Shown in pieces: positions 20,906 through 30,163 of a stretch of 42,961 bases of DNA. Source of the stretch: an uncultured Candidatus Saccharibacteria bacterium. GTDB lineage: Bacteria; Patescibacteriota; Minisyncoccia; Phycocordibacterales; UBA9973. Where the stretch lies: the NCBI GenBank assembly GCA_964586975.1, contig CAZPJV010000001.1, positions 36,372-79,332 of the forward strand, in the 5' to 3' direction. Positions within the stretch are counted from its first letter, which is position 1. Every line of letters starts with the position of its first letter. Position numbers and translations under genes: made by a program. Under the pieces are notes generated by a model. It was not told where the DNA came from, made no database searches, and was given only the letters and a program-made list of their open reading frames with translations.

Positions 20906-20937
20906 TAATAAAGCATAGCAAATGTAAATCGCATGTC
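20906..20937 (+). repeat. Left copy of an imperfect direct repeat flanking the PemK-like gene
   Basis: TAATAAAGCATAGCAAATGTAAATCGCATGTC compared with TAATTAAAGTATAGCAAATACAAACAATATGTC at 21377-21409. I count 25 of 33 aligned positions matching. Both copies end in ATGTC. Confidence 0.4.
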
Positions 20938-21331
20938 TATTGTAAAAAAATTTCTTGAGTGGATAAAACTTAAGGAGAAATTACATAACAACAAGCACAT
21001 GCCACCATTATTTAAAGAAGGAGAAATTTGGTGGTGCAGTATAGGTGAAAATATTGGTAGTGAAATAAACGGCAAGAGCGGATTGTTTTCTCGTCCAGTA
21101 CTAATTTTCAGGAAACTTTCCAAATCTACTTTTATGGGCATACCTACTTCTTCTCAAGACCGAAAAGGTAGTTGGTACGTTCAAATAACCTTAGGTAATA
21201 TAAAAAGTGTAGTAATATTAAGCCAAGCGAGGTTATTAGATTATAAAAGATTATCTTCCAAAATCGGAGAACTTGATGTGGTTGAAATGAATAAAGTGAA
21301 AGAGAAATTTAGGAGTTTATATTGTCCTTAA
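20933..21331 (+). CDS. PemK/MazF-family toxin-like protein; no adjacent antitoxin ORF seen
   Basis: EGEIWWCSIGENIGSEINGKSGLFSRPVLIF..GIPTSS..VVILSQARLLDYKRL matches the MazF/PemK SH3-like barrel pattern. Confidence 0.65.
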   Translation: MSIVKKFLEWIKLKEKLHNNKHMPPLFKEGEIWWCSIGENIGSEINGKSGLFSRPVLIFRKLSKSTFMGIPTSSQDRKGSWYVQITLGNIKSVVILSQARLLDYKRLSSKIGELDVVEMNKVKEKFRSLYCP

Positions 21332-21336
21332 ACAAA

Positions 21337-21371
21337 AATTCCCCTCTTGCGAGGGGCCGTGGGAAATTCCC
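21337..21371. repeat. REP-like hairpin module AATTCCCCTC-ttgc-GAGGGG..GGGAAATTCCC
   Basis: Variant of the ATTCCCCTCTTGAGGGG module found at 24809-24827 and, inverted, at 24357-24374 and 24396-24414. Confidence 0.55.
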
Positions 21372-21376
21372 AAAAG

Positions 21377-21409
21377 TAATTAAAGTATAGCAAATACAAA
21401 CAATATGTC
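21377..21409 (+). repeat. Right copy of the imperfect direct repeat flanking the PemK-like gene (dnaG leader)
   Basis: See 20906-20937. Confidence 0.4.
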
Positions 21410-21427
21410 AAGTGAAAAAACACAAAT

Positions 21428-23143
21428 ATGATTATGGATTCACCCGTCGCTAAAATTAAAGAAAGGTTGGGGATAGAAGAAATTGCCTCGTCTTACATCA
21501 AGCTCACCCGGGCCGGCGCGAACCTGAAAGCCAAGTGTCCTTTTCACAACGAAAAGACGCCGTCCTTTTTCGTGTCGCCGGAGCGGGGCACCTATTATTG
21601 TTTTGGTTGCGGAGCCTCCGGCGACATTTTTACTTTTGTGGAAGAATTTGAGGGCCTGGATTTCAAGGGTGCGCTGAAGTTGTTGGCGGACCGGGCCGGC
21701 GTGCAGCTGCCGCGTTTTAATCCGAAAGAGGAAAGCGAAAAAGAAAAATTATATCAGGCAATGGAAGAAGCCGCTTTGTATTTTGAAAATAATTTAAAAA
21801 ACAACAGCAAGGTACAAGAATATCTAAAATCTCGCGGTTTAAACGAGCAAAGCATCAAGGATTTCAAAATTGGTTTCGCGGAGCCAGACTGGCGACTTCT
21901 GTATTCACACTTGAAAACCAAAGGTTTTTCCGATACGGAGATAGAGCGAGCAGGCTTGGCAAAAAAATCAGAAAAAGGCTATTATGACAGATTTCGCGGG
22001 AGAGTTATCTTTCCGATAACGGATTCCAGCGGGAGAGTTATCGCTTTCTCCGGCAGAATATTCGGCGAGGGCGAGCCGAAATATCTGAATAGCCCCGAGA
22101 CTCCCATTTTTTCCAAAAGCGCCGCGCTTTACGGCATAGATAAGGCGAAGGGTCATATTCGCAAAAACAACTTTTCTATTTTGGTTGAGGGCCAGATGGA
22201 TTTAATAATGTCGCATCAAGCGGGCTATCGGAACACAGTAGCCGCTTCCGGCACCGCTCTCTCAGATGCGGTGCTCTCCCAGGAAAATGTGGTGTCCAAT
22301 TTGGGCTTGGTGCGCCGGCTTGCCTCCAACATCGTGCTGGCGCTGGACGCCGACCCGGCCGGAGAAAAAGCGGCGGAGCGCGCGGGCCGGATTGCGCTCT
22401 CTCTGGGTATGGATGTGAAAGTGGCCAGTCTGTCCGCGGGCGCCGACCCGGCCGAACTTATCGCTAAGCAAGGCGCGGAGGCGTGGCGCGAAGCCATAAA
22501 AAATTCCAAACATATCGTGGAATTCGCGCTGGCTAAAATTTTAGAGAAGCACCAGAGTGACTCGCGCAAGGCCGGCCGGGAAATAAAAGAAAAAGTTCTG
22601 CCGTTCGTGGCCGCCCTGCCGAGCTCCATTGAGCGGGCGCATTTTTTGAAAAAAATCAGCGACCAATCCGGCATTCCGGAGAGCGCCCTGGAAGAAGATT
22701 TTAAAAAAGTGGACCAAGCGCAAGGCAGTGAAAGAATTGAGTTGGCAGAAACGGAAGCGGCGCTGGACACTCTGCGCCGCCGGGATTATATTGAGCGCAA
22801 GCTTCTGGGCATCGCTTTCTGGCAGGCATCGCTCTCAAAACCCACGCTGGATTTCAAAGCGATTTTTGAAAAATTGGCAAAGGAGCGCAAAAAATACGAG
22901 GATATCAAAAGCGACCTGATTTTTGAAGCGGAAATATTTTACAAAGATAGTGAAAATTTGGAAAAAAGCGTGCAGGAAATGTTCTTGAATCTGGAGGAAG
23001 AAAATATTAATGAAACGCTCAATCAGAAAATGCTCGCCCTGCGACGGGCACCGGACGAGAAATCCGGCCAGGAAATTTTGAAAGAAATTGACGAATTAAA
23101 TAAGAGTAAAGAAAAAATTAAGAGTGGTCGCGTAAAAAAATAA
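21428..23143 (+). CDS. dnaG: DNA primase
   Basis: Zinc-binding [30 protein letters not shown] and the TOPRIM motifs EGQMDLI and [13 protein letters not shown]. Confidence 0.93.
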   Translation: MIMDSPVAKIKERLGIEEIASSYIKLTRAGANLKAKCPFHNEKTPSFFVSPERGTYYCFGCGASGDIFTFVEEFEGLDFKGALKLLADRAGVQLPRFNPKEESEKEKLYQAMEEAALYFENNLKNNSKVQEYLKSRGLNEQSIKDFKIGFAEPDWRLLYSHLKTKGFSDTEIERAGLAKKSEKGYYDRFRGRVIFPITDSSGRVIAFSGRIFGEGEPKYLNSPETPIFSKSAALYGIDKAKGHIRKNNFSILVEGQMDLIMSHQAGYRNTVAASGTALSDAVLSQENVVSNLGLVRRLASNIVLALDADPAGEKAAERAGRIALSLGMDVKVASLSAGADPAELIAKQGAEAWREAIKNSKHIVEFALAKILEKHQSDSRKAGREIKEKVLPFVAALPSSIERAHFLKKISDQSGIPESALEEDFKKVDQAQGSERIELAETEAALDTLRRRDYIERKLLGIAFWQASLSKPTLDFKAIFEKLAKERKKYEDIKSDLIFEAEIFYKDSENLEKSVQEMFLNLEEENINETLNQKMLALRRAPDEKSGQEILKEIDELNKSKEKIKSGRVKK

Positions 23144-23148
23144 ATTAT

Positions 23149-24309
23149 ATGGCCCAAAAATCAAAAAAGAAAAAAATAAATAAAAAAAGAAAAATTATAA
23201 AAAGGGCGAAAAAGTCCCGACACCCGAAATTTGCCCGTTCCAGAAAAGCGGAGACCTGGGGCCTTTTGGCGGACGGGCTGACGGAAAAGGGCAAGAAACG
23301 GGGTTTTATTACCTATGATGAAATTCTGAAAACTTTTCCGGATATTGAGAACAATATTTTGTTTCTGGATGAGCTGTATGAAAGATTTTCCGTAGCCGGA
23401 GTAGATGTTCTGGAAGGCGGCAACTTGCTTAACTTAGATTTGGATATTTCCGACAAAGAGCTCGGCAAGGAAGGCCTGCACGATTCCATTCAAATGTATC
23501 TCAAAGAAATCGGGCAGTACCCGTTGATTCACGCCGGCGATGAGCGGGAGCTGGCCAAGCGTATTGAAAAGGGCGACCTGGAAGCGAAAAATCTCCTGGC
23601 CCGCGCCAACCTGCGCTTGGTGGTTTCTATCGCCAAAAAATACGTGGGCCGTTCCGCGAACCTGACCCTGCTGGATTTAATTCAAGAAGGCAACCTCGGC
23701 CTTTTCAAGGCGGTGGAAAAATTTGACTGGACCAAGGGCTATAAATTTTCCACCTACGCGACTTGGTGGATTCGCCAGTCCATCACCCGCGCCCTGGCGG
23801 ACCAGTCCCGGACCATCCGCATTCCGGTGCACATGGTGGAAACCATTTCCAAATACAAACAAACGCATCGCCGGCTCTCGCAGGATTTGGGCCGGGAGCC
23901 GCTGGCGGAAGAAATCGCCACGGAGATGGGCATACCGGTGGAAAAAATTCATGTGATTGAAAATATTTCCCAAGATACCGTTTCGCTGGAACAGCCGGTG
24001 GGGGATGACGACGACAAATCCACCTTGGAGAATTTTATTCCGGACGACAAAATATTGCGCCCCGACCAGGAAGCTTCCCGCCGGATTCTCTCCGACCAAA
24101 TCCGCGAAGTCTTAAACGAACTCAACCCCAAGGAGCGTAAGATTCTGGAAATGCGCTACGGCCTGCTGGACGGCATTCAGCATACCCTGGAACGAGTGGG
24201 GGAAGAGTTCGGCGTCACTCGCGAGCGCATCCGCCAAATTGAAGCCAAAGTGCACGAAAAACTCCGCCAGCACGACAAAATTTCCCGGCTGAAAAATTAC
24301 TTCGACTAG
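23149..24309 (+). CDS. rpoD: RNA polymerase sigma-70 factor
   Basis: Region 2 ([33 protein letters not shown]), region 3, and region 4 ([20 protein letters not shown]). The dnaG-rpoD synteny is conserved. Confidence 0.95.
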   Translation: MAQKSKKKKINKKRKIIKRAKKSRHPKFARSRKAETWGLLADGLTEKGKKRGFITYDEILKTFPDIENNILFLDELYERFSVAGVDVLEGGNLLNLDLDISDKELGKEGLHDSIQMYLKEIGQYPLIHAGDERELAKRIEKGDLEAKNLLARANLRLVVSIAKKYVGRSANLTLLDLIQEGNLGLFKAVEKFDWTKGYKFSTYATWWIRQSITRALADQSRTIRIPVHMVETISKYKQTHRRLSQDLGREPLAEEIATEMGIPVEKIHVIENISQDTVSLEQPVGDDDDKSTLENFIPDDKILRPDQEASRRILSDQIREVLNELNPKERKILEMRYGLLDGIQHTLERVGEEFGVTRERIRQIEAKVHEKLRQHDKISRLKNYFD

Positions 24310-24311
24310 AA

Positions 24312-24821
24312 ATGCACAAGAAAGACTCTTCCACCCCGTCTCGACTAAAGTCGAGCCACCCCTCAAGAGGGGAACATCCACCCCGGCGCAAGCGTCACCC
24401 CTCAAGAGGGGAATTATGGAATCCAAAATCTTTATATCCCTATTGGGAAATTCCTAAAAATAAACTTTTGATTGAAAGAGCAAAAGAATTAAGAAGAGCC
24501 GGAAATCTATCAGAAGTAATTTTTTGGCAAACCTTCAAAGATAAAAACAAGTTCGGTTTTGATATTGATCGGCAAGTTATTGTAGGCAATTACATCGTAG
24601 ACTTTTTTATTCCGGAACTAGGTTTGGTTTTTGAGATAGATGGCTCAAGTCATGGCGATAAAATAGAGTACGATGCAGAACGAGACGCTTTTATGACAGA
24701 TTTAAATTTGCGCGTAATTAGAATTCCCGATGTTGATATCAAGAAAAACATAGGTGGTGTCTATAATTTTGTTCTGGAAACTGTAGAAAAAAGAAAGAAC
24801 GCATTAAGATTCCCCTCTTGA
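24312..24821 (+). CDS. DUF559 (Vsr/restriction-endonuclease-like fold) protein; true start uncertain
   Basis: Core motif GNYIVDFFIPELGLVFEIDGSSHGDKIEYDAERDAFMTDLNLRVIRIP. The first ~35 codons and the TGA stop lie inside REP-like modules. No internal ATG precedes the conserved core. Confidence 0.65.
   Translation: MHKKDSSTPSRLKSSHPSRGEHPPRRKRHPSRGELWNPKSLYPYWEIPKNKLLIERAKELRRAGNLSEVIFWQTFKDKNKFGFDIDRQVIVGNYIVDFFIPELGLVFEIDGSSHGDKIEYDAERDAFMTDLNLRVIRIPDVDIKKNIGGVYNFVLETVEKRKNALRFPS
24330..24414 (+). repeat. Two tandem REP-like modules: TCCACCCCG + variable hairpin + CACCCCTCAAGAGGGGAA
   Basis: Module 1 (24330-24374) has the variable hairpin CTCGAC-taaa-GTCGAG. Module 2 (24378-24414) has GCGCAAGCG. 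The 18-nt terminal hairpin is identical in both. Confidence 0.75.
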
Positions 24822-24852
24822 GGGGTGCCCCCGTCTGACGGGGGCGGGGTGG
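24809..24852 (-). repeat. Inverted third copy of the REP-like module; probably also a bidirectional terminator
   Basis: The reverse complement reads CCACCCCG + CCCCCG-tcaga-CGGGGG + CACCCCTCAAGAGGGGAAT. A 19-nt stretch is identical to 24396-24414. It lies between the stops of the DUF559 gene and the dsbA-like gene. Confidence 0.75.
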
Positions 24853-24853
24853 A

Positions 24854-25537
24854 CTATTTTATCGCGTCCAGTTTCTGCATCACCGCTTCATAGGGCAGGG
24901 CGCCGGGGATGGTGCCGACCAGTTTGCCGTTTTTTAGGATAAAGGAAGATGGCGTGCCGCTGACTCCCGCCCGCGTGCCGTCCGCTGTATCCGCGTCAAT
25001 TTTATCTTTGAATTTTCCGCTGGCTAGGCATTCATTAAACCGAGCGACATCCAGTCCCACATATTCCGCAATCTTCGGCAATTCGCTTGCCTCCAGGCCG
25101 TTATTGGCCGGAGTGATTTCAAAAACCCGGTCCGTGTATTTCCAGAAAGCATCGTTGCCGCCCTGTTCCCAGGCGCATTCCGTCGCTTCCGCTTCTTTGG
25201 GCGCTTTGGGATGCAGACCGACGATAGGGTAGTGCCGGTAAACCCAAGCGACGTTACCATTATTATCTTCAACTACTTGGTGCATGACGCCGTGAAATCT
25301 TTGGCAGAAGGGACACTCCAAGTCGGAATATTCCACAATCATTATTTTCGCGTTCGGGTTGCCCAGAATATGTTCATTTTTTTCAACCGGCCTTATTTGA
25401 GAAACGAGATTGCCACTGCTGTCCAGCGACACCGGGGTTCCGGTTGCGGGGACACTGCCTCTCAAAAGAATTGCTCCGGCGACCAGGGCTCCGGCTAAAA
25501 TTATGGCGCCGACTATTGGCTTTTGGTTGTTTTGCAT
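24854..25537 (-). CDS. DsbA-family thioredoxin-fold oxidoreductase, membrane-anchored
   Basis: N-terminal TM, active-site context YSDLECPFCQRFH, and GVSGTPSFIL-type motif (GVSGTPSSFILKNG). Confidence 0.85.
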   Translation of the reverse strand: MQNNQKPIVGAIILAGALVAGAILLRGSVPATGTPVSLDSSGNLVSQIRPVEKNEHILGNPNAKIMIVEYSDLECPFCQRFHGVMHQVVEDNNGNVAWVYRHYPIVGLHPKAPKEAEATECAWEQGGNDAFWKYTDRVFEITPANNGLEASELPKIAEYVGLDVARFNECLASGKFKDKIDADTADGTRAGVSGTPSSFILKNGKLVGTIPGALPYEAVMQKLDAIK

Positions 25538-25567
25538 ATAGTTTGCTCTTTAAATTTTAATCTACCC

Positions 25568-25578
25568 ATTGTAGCATA
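25568..25578 (-). promoter_or_regulatory. Putative extended -10 (TATGCTACAAT) for the dsbA-like gene
   Basis: The minus strand reads TATGCTACAAT, 30 nt upstream of ATG 25537. Confidence 0.4.
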
Positions 25579-25591
25579 TTTGCGCTGGATG

Positions 25592-25602
25592 TGTGCTATA
25601 AT
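25592..25602 (+). promoter_or_regulatory. Putative extended -10 (TGTGCTATAAT) for the DUF378/GT2 operon
   Basis: Consensus TATAAT with an upstream TG, 46 nt upstream of ATG 25649. Confidence 0.4.
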
Positions 25603-25648
25603 ACAGATACTTAAAGGTCCTTTATTAACAATAACTTTTATAAAGTAT

Positions 25649-25933
25649 ATGTGCATGGGAAAAGGTCACTGGGGAGGTTGCGGTGTGCACAAGACGGTTA
25701 TGGTCTTGTTGCTCGTCGGCGGTTTGAATTGGGGCTTGGTCGGTCTGGGTATGCTCCTGGGCAGCGACTGGAACGTGGTCGGTATGCTCTTGGGCGGTTG
25801 GCCTACGGTTTTGGCGATTGTTTATCTCTTGGTCGGAGTTGCCGCGGTTATGAGTCTCTTCGGCTGCAAGTGCAAGAAGTGCATGGCGGCCTGCGCCGAA
25901 TGCGGCGGCCACGACATGGGCCAGAAGATGTAA
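25649..25933 (+). CDS. DUF378-family small membrane protein with Cys-rich termini
   Basis: Core LLLVGGLNWGLVGL..VGMLLGGWPTVLAIVYLLVGVAAV is typical of DUF378. The C-terminal tail is GCKCKKCMAACAECGGH. Confidence 0.65.
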   Translation: MCMGKGHWGGCGVHKTVMVLLLVGGLNWGLVGLGMLLGSDWNVVGMLLGGWPTVLAIVYLLVGVAAVMSLFGCKCKKCMAACAECGGHDMGQKM

Positions 25934-25958
25934 TTGACATTTCCAAGAGCGGGAGCTT

Positions 25959-27203
25959 ATGGCCGGAATAGGGGATATCATCCTTAATATTTTGCTTTTT
26001 TTGTCTGTCTACGTGCAGGTATTTTTTCTGGTTACTTTTATTGAAAATAGAAAAAAGATAACCATTCGCACAGGCGAAATAAAACTTGCGCGCTACCCCG
26101 CGGTGACCATAACCGTGCCCTGCTGGAACGAGGAGCAAACAGTCTACAAAACGGTGCGCTCTCTCTTAAATTTAAATTACCCGCAAGACAAAATAAAGAT
26201 TTTTCTGGTGGACGACGGTTCCACCGACGGCACCCGCGGCATCATCCGAAAATTCGCGCGTTATAAAAATGTGAAAGTTTTTCACAAGGCCAACGGCGGC
26301 AAGCATACCGCGCTGAATCTGGGGCTGGAGCATGCGGCGACGGAATTCGTGGGTTGCCTGGATGCGGATTCCATAGCTCATCCGGAGGCCCTGGCGCGCC
26401 TGATGAGTTATTTTGAAAAAGACCCGGCAGTGATGGCGGTGGCGCCGTCGGTGCTGGCGGCCGGCGCGGAAAATGCCGTGCAGTCGGCGCAACGGCCCGA
26501 ATATTATGTCGGCGCTTTCATTAAAAAAGTGCTAAGTTTGCTGGGAGGCATGTATGTCGTGCCCGGCCCCCTGACCGTCTTTAAAAAAGAAGTTTTTGAT
26601 AAACTGGGCCCGTATCGGCACGCTTATAATACCGAAGACCTGGAGATTACCTACCGGATGCAGAAAAATAAATATAAGATAGAGCAATGCCACGATGCTT
26701 ATGTCTATACGGCCACCCCGCCGACCCTCGGCCAGCTGTATCGCCAGCGAATTCGCTGGATTTACGGCTCCATCAATAATCTGATTGACTACCGCGGATT
26801 ATTGTTTAAAAAACAGCACGGCAATTTTTCTTTTTTTACCTTACCCTCGGTAGTGGTTGCGATTTTGACTATCAGCTACATTTTCGGCCGCATTATTTAT
26901 AACTTGGGTGATTACTTGTATGCCAAATTCTTGCAGGTCAAAATAACCGGCTTTTATTTTACCTCCAGCCCCAATTTTTTTGACCCTTTCTTTATTGATA
27001 TGCAGGCCGTCTTTTTCATCGGAGTGTTGTCTTATCTCTTTACCGTTTTCGCTGTAGTGGTGGGTAAAAAAATGGTGGAAGGCCGGTGGCGCTTCTCGGC
27101 GGATATGTTGTATTTTTTCGCCCTCTTCGGTATTTTTGTTCCGATTTGGTTCGCCCAGGCGATTTTTAATACGCTGGTTTCCCGGAAGCCCTCCTGGAGA
27201 TGA
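25959..27203 (+). CDS. Family 2 glycosyltransferase, processive synthase type (PgaC/IcaA/cellulose-synthase-like)
   Basis: N- and C-terminal TM segments, with VPCWNEE, VDDGSTDGT, LDADS, TEDLE and the QRIRW (QxxRW) motif. Confidence 0.85.
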   Translation: MAGIGDIILNILLFLSVYVQVFFLVTFIENRKKITIRTGEIKLARYPAVTITVPCWNEEQTVYKTVRSLLNLNYPQDKIKIFLVDDGSTDGTRGIIRKFARYKNVKVFHKANGGKHTALNLGLEHAATEFVGCLDADSIAHPEALARLMSYFEKDPAVMAVAPSVLAAGAENAVQSAQRPEYYVGAFIKKVLSLLGGMYVVPGPLTVFKKEVFDKLGPYRHAYNTEDLEITYRMQKNKYKIEQCHDAYVYTATPPTLGQLYRQRIRWIYGSINNLIDYRGLLFKKQHGNFSFFTLPSVVVAILTISYIFGRIIYNLGDYLYAKFLQVKITGFYFTSSPNFFDPFFIDMQAVFFIGVLSYLFTVFAVVVGKKMVEGRWRFSADMLYFFALFGIFVPIWFAQAIFNTLVSRKPSWR

Positions 27204-27209
27204 GAAACT

Positions 27210-27866
27210 ATGATTGATTGGAAAAAATATCTGATTGTGTTTCTGATTACCGCCGGGCTGTTTTTGACCGCCAGTTATTTGAGCAACTATTTCGGCGGCA
27301 AGAAAGTTGCGGAACTGAAAACTGTTCAGGACCAGATTGCCATTGACATCCTGTCTTCCGAAACCCAGTTCTCCCTGCTGTCCGAACTTTCCTGCAAAAA
27401 TATTTCCGGTTCCCTGCTGGCCGGCGAACTAGCGGAGTTGGGGCGGAAACTGGAGTGGGGCGAAAAAAATTTAAGCGATGACGCGACCCTGCTTTCTTTG
27501 AAGAGATATTACTTCCTGCTGGAAATCAAAGACTATCTCCTGTCCAAGAAAATTGCCGAGCGTTGCGGCAAAAAATCGGCCTTCATCCTGTATTTTTACG
27601 CCGCCGCGGCAGATTGCGACTTATGCGAGCAGGAAGGTTTGGTGCTGACGGCCTTGCGCGAAAAATATCCGGAACTGCGCGTTTATTCTTTTGATTACGG
27701 TGCCGACCTTTCGGCGGTCAAGGCGATGATTCAAATTTACAAAATCAAGGACACCGCACTGCCGGCGCTGGTGATTGACGACGACTTGCTGACCGGCTTC
27801 CGCGACCTTGAAGAACTCTCCGAGCTGATAGAAAAATCCTTCAAACTGCAGGGGGCAGAGGAATAG
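27210..27866 (+). CDS. Membrane-anchored protein with a C-terminal thioredoxin-fold-like CxxC domain
   Basis: N-terminal TM. The C-terminal part has AFILYFYAAAADCDLCEQ..LRVYSFD..ALPALVIDD, the pattern of a Trx/Grx fold with a CxxC motif and cis-Pro. Confidence 0.45.
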   Translation: MIDWKKYLIVFLITAGLFLTASYLSNYFGGKKVAELKTVQDQIAIDILSSETQFSLLSELSCKNISGSLLAGELAELGRKLEWGEKNLSDDATLLSLKRYYFLLEIKDYLLSKKIAERCGKKSAFILYFYAAAADCDLCEQEGLVLTALREKYPELRVYSFDYGADLSAVKAMIQIYKIKDTALPALVIDDDLLTGFRDLEELSELIEKSFKLQGAEE

Positions 27867-27955
27867 AAATCACAGCGTTTTTTCACCATTTTGCGGTTTT
27901 CCCCTGTAGTAATTAGAGCAGAACTGTTATAATTGTAGGTGTCTCTACTAACTCT

Positions 27956-29185
27956 ATGAGAAGGCTAAAAATAACGGTGGGTGCGCACCAATATTTAATA
28001 TCCCTCCGGGTGGTTAGTGTTTTGTTTTTTATCTTTATATTTTTAGGTTCTTATTCGTTCTATCGTTCCAATCAAGTAAGTGCGCAAACGGTCGTGTTTT
28101 ATTCTACTAGTTGCCTAGGGGGATGGAAGAACGTGGAAAAGGCGATGGGCATGCCGGAGGTGGAGAACGGGATGGTGGCCGAATACAACGACAGCAATTC
28201 CGCCTCTCTTTCAAACACCACTTCGCAAATTTTTTGCGGGGGATTCAAAGGGGAAATTCCGAAAGATGCGCTCCAGAAAAAAATAGTTGTTAAATTTTCC
28301 TGGGCCGAAAAAAATACCAATAGCTCTCAAAATGAGCCGGACACTAACTCTGAGAGCGAGACTATTCCCTTAGAAGGGGAAGTGTTGTCCGGTGAAGTTG
28401 AACCTGAACCTGAAGTTTTGCCAGCAGAAGATGTCCCTCAAGAAATTTTACCAGAAGAAGAAGATTCAGGCACCGAGCTGGTGGAGCCAGAACCAGAAGC
28501 ATCCGAACCAACGGAACCAGAACCAACTATACTAAATTTAATAACCAAAACCGCGCACGCGGAAACCCTATATTTGGACGGCGATGTCCCAGATGGGCGG
28601 CTGGAAGTGTTTTACACCATTGACGGAGAAAATTGGCAGTCCTTAGGTTTTGTACCAGATGTTAATAATGGAGTATCTTTTGAAATGCCGACCGGTATAT
28701 TTACAACTGTGGAGGATTTGGAAAAAGTTCAGATTGCTATACATACAATGCCGACTTTTGACAATATTCATACCATATATTTGGACTCTGTTTGGCTGGA
28801 AGTGGAATATGAAAATCTGAATGCAGAGTCAGCAAAAGGAATCACTAGTTTCAAAATATTCGTTCTGCCTCAGGATAGGCTGGAAAAAGAAGTAAATGAG
28901 TGGCTGTCTCTGCAGAAAAACATAGAAGTGGATGATATCAAAGTGGAAGATTATGGCGGCGGCGGTTATTTGATAGTAATAAGCTATCACTCCGGCGGAA
29001 TCCTCGGCAACTCAACGGCGCGGCTTAAGGTTGTGGTAGGAGAAAATCCGGAAGCTGATGCTCAAACATTTTTATCAACCCTTCTGCCGGCACAAGTCGT
29101 GCACTCAATTACAGCCACCGCCGGCTCATTCTCCAGCCAACAAACGACTATTACCGTGCCAATAATTTTTATCGTTTACGAATAG
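27956..29185 (+). CDS. Hypothetical secreted/anchored protein with an acidic P/E-rich linker
   Basis: Signal-anchor segment and a low-complexity EPEPEVLPAEDVPQEILPEEEDSGTELVEPEPEASEPTEPEP linker. No family recognised. Confidence 0.45.
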   Translation: MRRLKITVGAHQYLISLRVVSVLFFIFIFLGSYSFYRSNQVSAQTVVFYSTSCLGGWKNVEKAMGMPEVENGMVAEYNDSNSASLSNTTSQIFCGGFKGEIPKDALQKKIVVKFSWAEKNTNSSQNEPDTNSESETIPLEGEVLSGEVEPEPEVLPAEDVPQEILPEEEDSGTELVEPEPEASEPTEPEPTILNLITKTAHAETLYLDGDVPDGRLEVFYTIDGENWQSLGFVPDVNNGVSFEMPTGIFTTVEDLEKVQIAIHTMPTFDNIHTIYLDSVWLEVEYENLNAESAKGITSFKIFVLPQDRLEKEVNEWLSLQKNIEVDDIKVEDYGGGGYLIVISYHSGGILGNSTARLKVVVGENPEADAQTFLSTLLPAQVVHSITATAGSFSSQQTTITVPIIFIVYE

Positions 29186-29189
29186 GCAT

Positions 29190-30149
29190 ATGGAATTTTC
29201 CAACCGAACATGGATAAAAATCGCATTGGTTTTGGTGATTGTGGATTTAAATCTTGTTTTAATAGGCTGGCCGTCATTTAAGCTTTATTTTTCAAAAGGA
29301 ATATCTAGTCCGTCTTATCCGCTTATTGACCAGTCCAGAGGTTTTATAGACCAAGAGCATTTTGTTGTCAACTTTCAGCCCTTGCGGGAAGACCTACGCG
29401 AGCTGGTGGCTAAAAAGGGGCTTAATTCAATAACTCTTTATTTTGAATTTTTAAACACGGGCGCGAATATATCAATCAATCCGGACCTAAAAATTTGGCC
29501 CGCCAGCCTAGCCAAACTGCCTCTCGCTATGGCGGCAATAAAAAAGGTGGAAAATGGAATCTGGAGTCTAAATACCCCCTTGGTAATGAACGAAGAAGAT
29601 AAAAGCATCCTATCTGGCACCCTTTTTGCTTACCAAGCCGGCACCTCGTTTGCGGTAGAAAATCTTATAGAAGAAATGCTTGTTCATTCAGATAACACCG
29701 CGTATACAATTTTATCCCGAAATATGACAGACCTGGAGCGCCGCACAATAATAGATGAGACGGGGCTGGAAGAGCTTTTTGACGAGGAAGGAAAAATAAG
29801 TAGTAAGGAATATTCACGTCTTTTTCGTTCTTTATATACTTCAAGTTTTTTACAGCGCGAAAACTCCTCAAAAATTCTATTATGGCTTTCAAAATCTGAC
29901 TTCAGCCAGTATTTATCACAGGGGATTGGCGAAGACATAGTATTTGCCAATAAATATGGCAAGAATTATCAATTCTATGTATATGCAAACTCGGGCATTG
30001 TGTATGTGCCAAACCGTCCCTTTATTATAACGGTTATAATCAAAGGCGATTCTACAAAGGACGAGGAAGAAGAAGAGAAAAAAGCGCAGGCCATCATGGC
30101 GGAAATTTCAGCCAAAGCCTACAAGTATGTGGTTAATTATAAAAAGTAA
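29190..30149 (+). CDS. Serine hydrolase, class A beta-lactamase / PBP-like fold
   Basis: N-terminal TM, SLAK (SxxK) and HSDNTAY (SDN). The third motif is degenerate (KYG). Confidence 0.6.
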   Translation: MEFSNRTWIKIALVLVIVDLNLVLIGWPSFKLYFSKGISSPSYPLIDQSRGFIDQEHFVVNFQPLREDLRELVAKKGLNSITLYFEFLNTGANISINPDLKIWPASLAKLPLAMAAIKKVENGIWSLNTPLVMNEEDKSILSGTLFAYQAGTSFAVENLIEEMLVHSDNTAYTILSRNMTDLERRTIIDETGLEELFDEEGKISSKEYSRLFRSLYTSSFLQRENSSKILLWLSKSDFSQYLSQGIGEDIVFANKYGKNYQFYVYANSGIVYVPNRPFIITVIIKGDSTKDEEEEEKKAQAIMAEISAKAYKYVVNYKK

Positions 30150-30163
30150 GATATAATTAAATC

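Noticed and set aside
24330-24414. Possible CRISPR array, suggested by the tandem repeats with variable middles.
   Set aside because: There are only two direct units plus one inverted unit. The units are hairpin mosaics of about 40 nt without spacer-like unique segments of regular length, and no cas genes are present. They fit REP/BIME-like elements better.
28380-28540. The P/E-rich stretch in the 27956-29185 ORF, considered as a possible tandem DNA repeat.
   Set aside because: It is compositional low complexity (GAA/CCA-rich) without a clean repeating nucleotide unit, so it is most likely a flexible linker.
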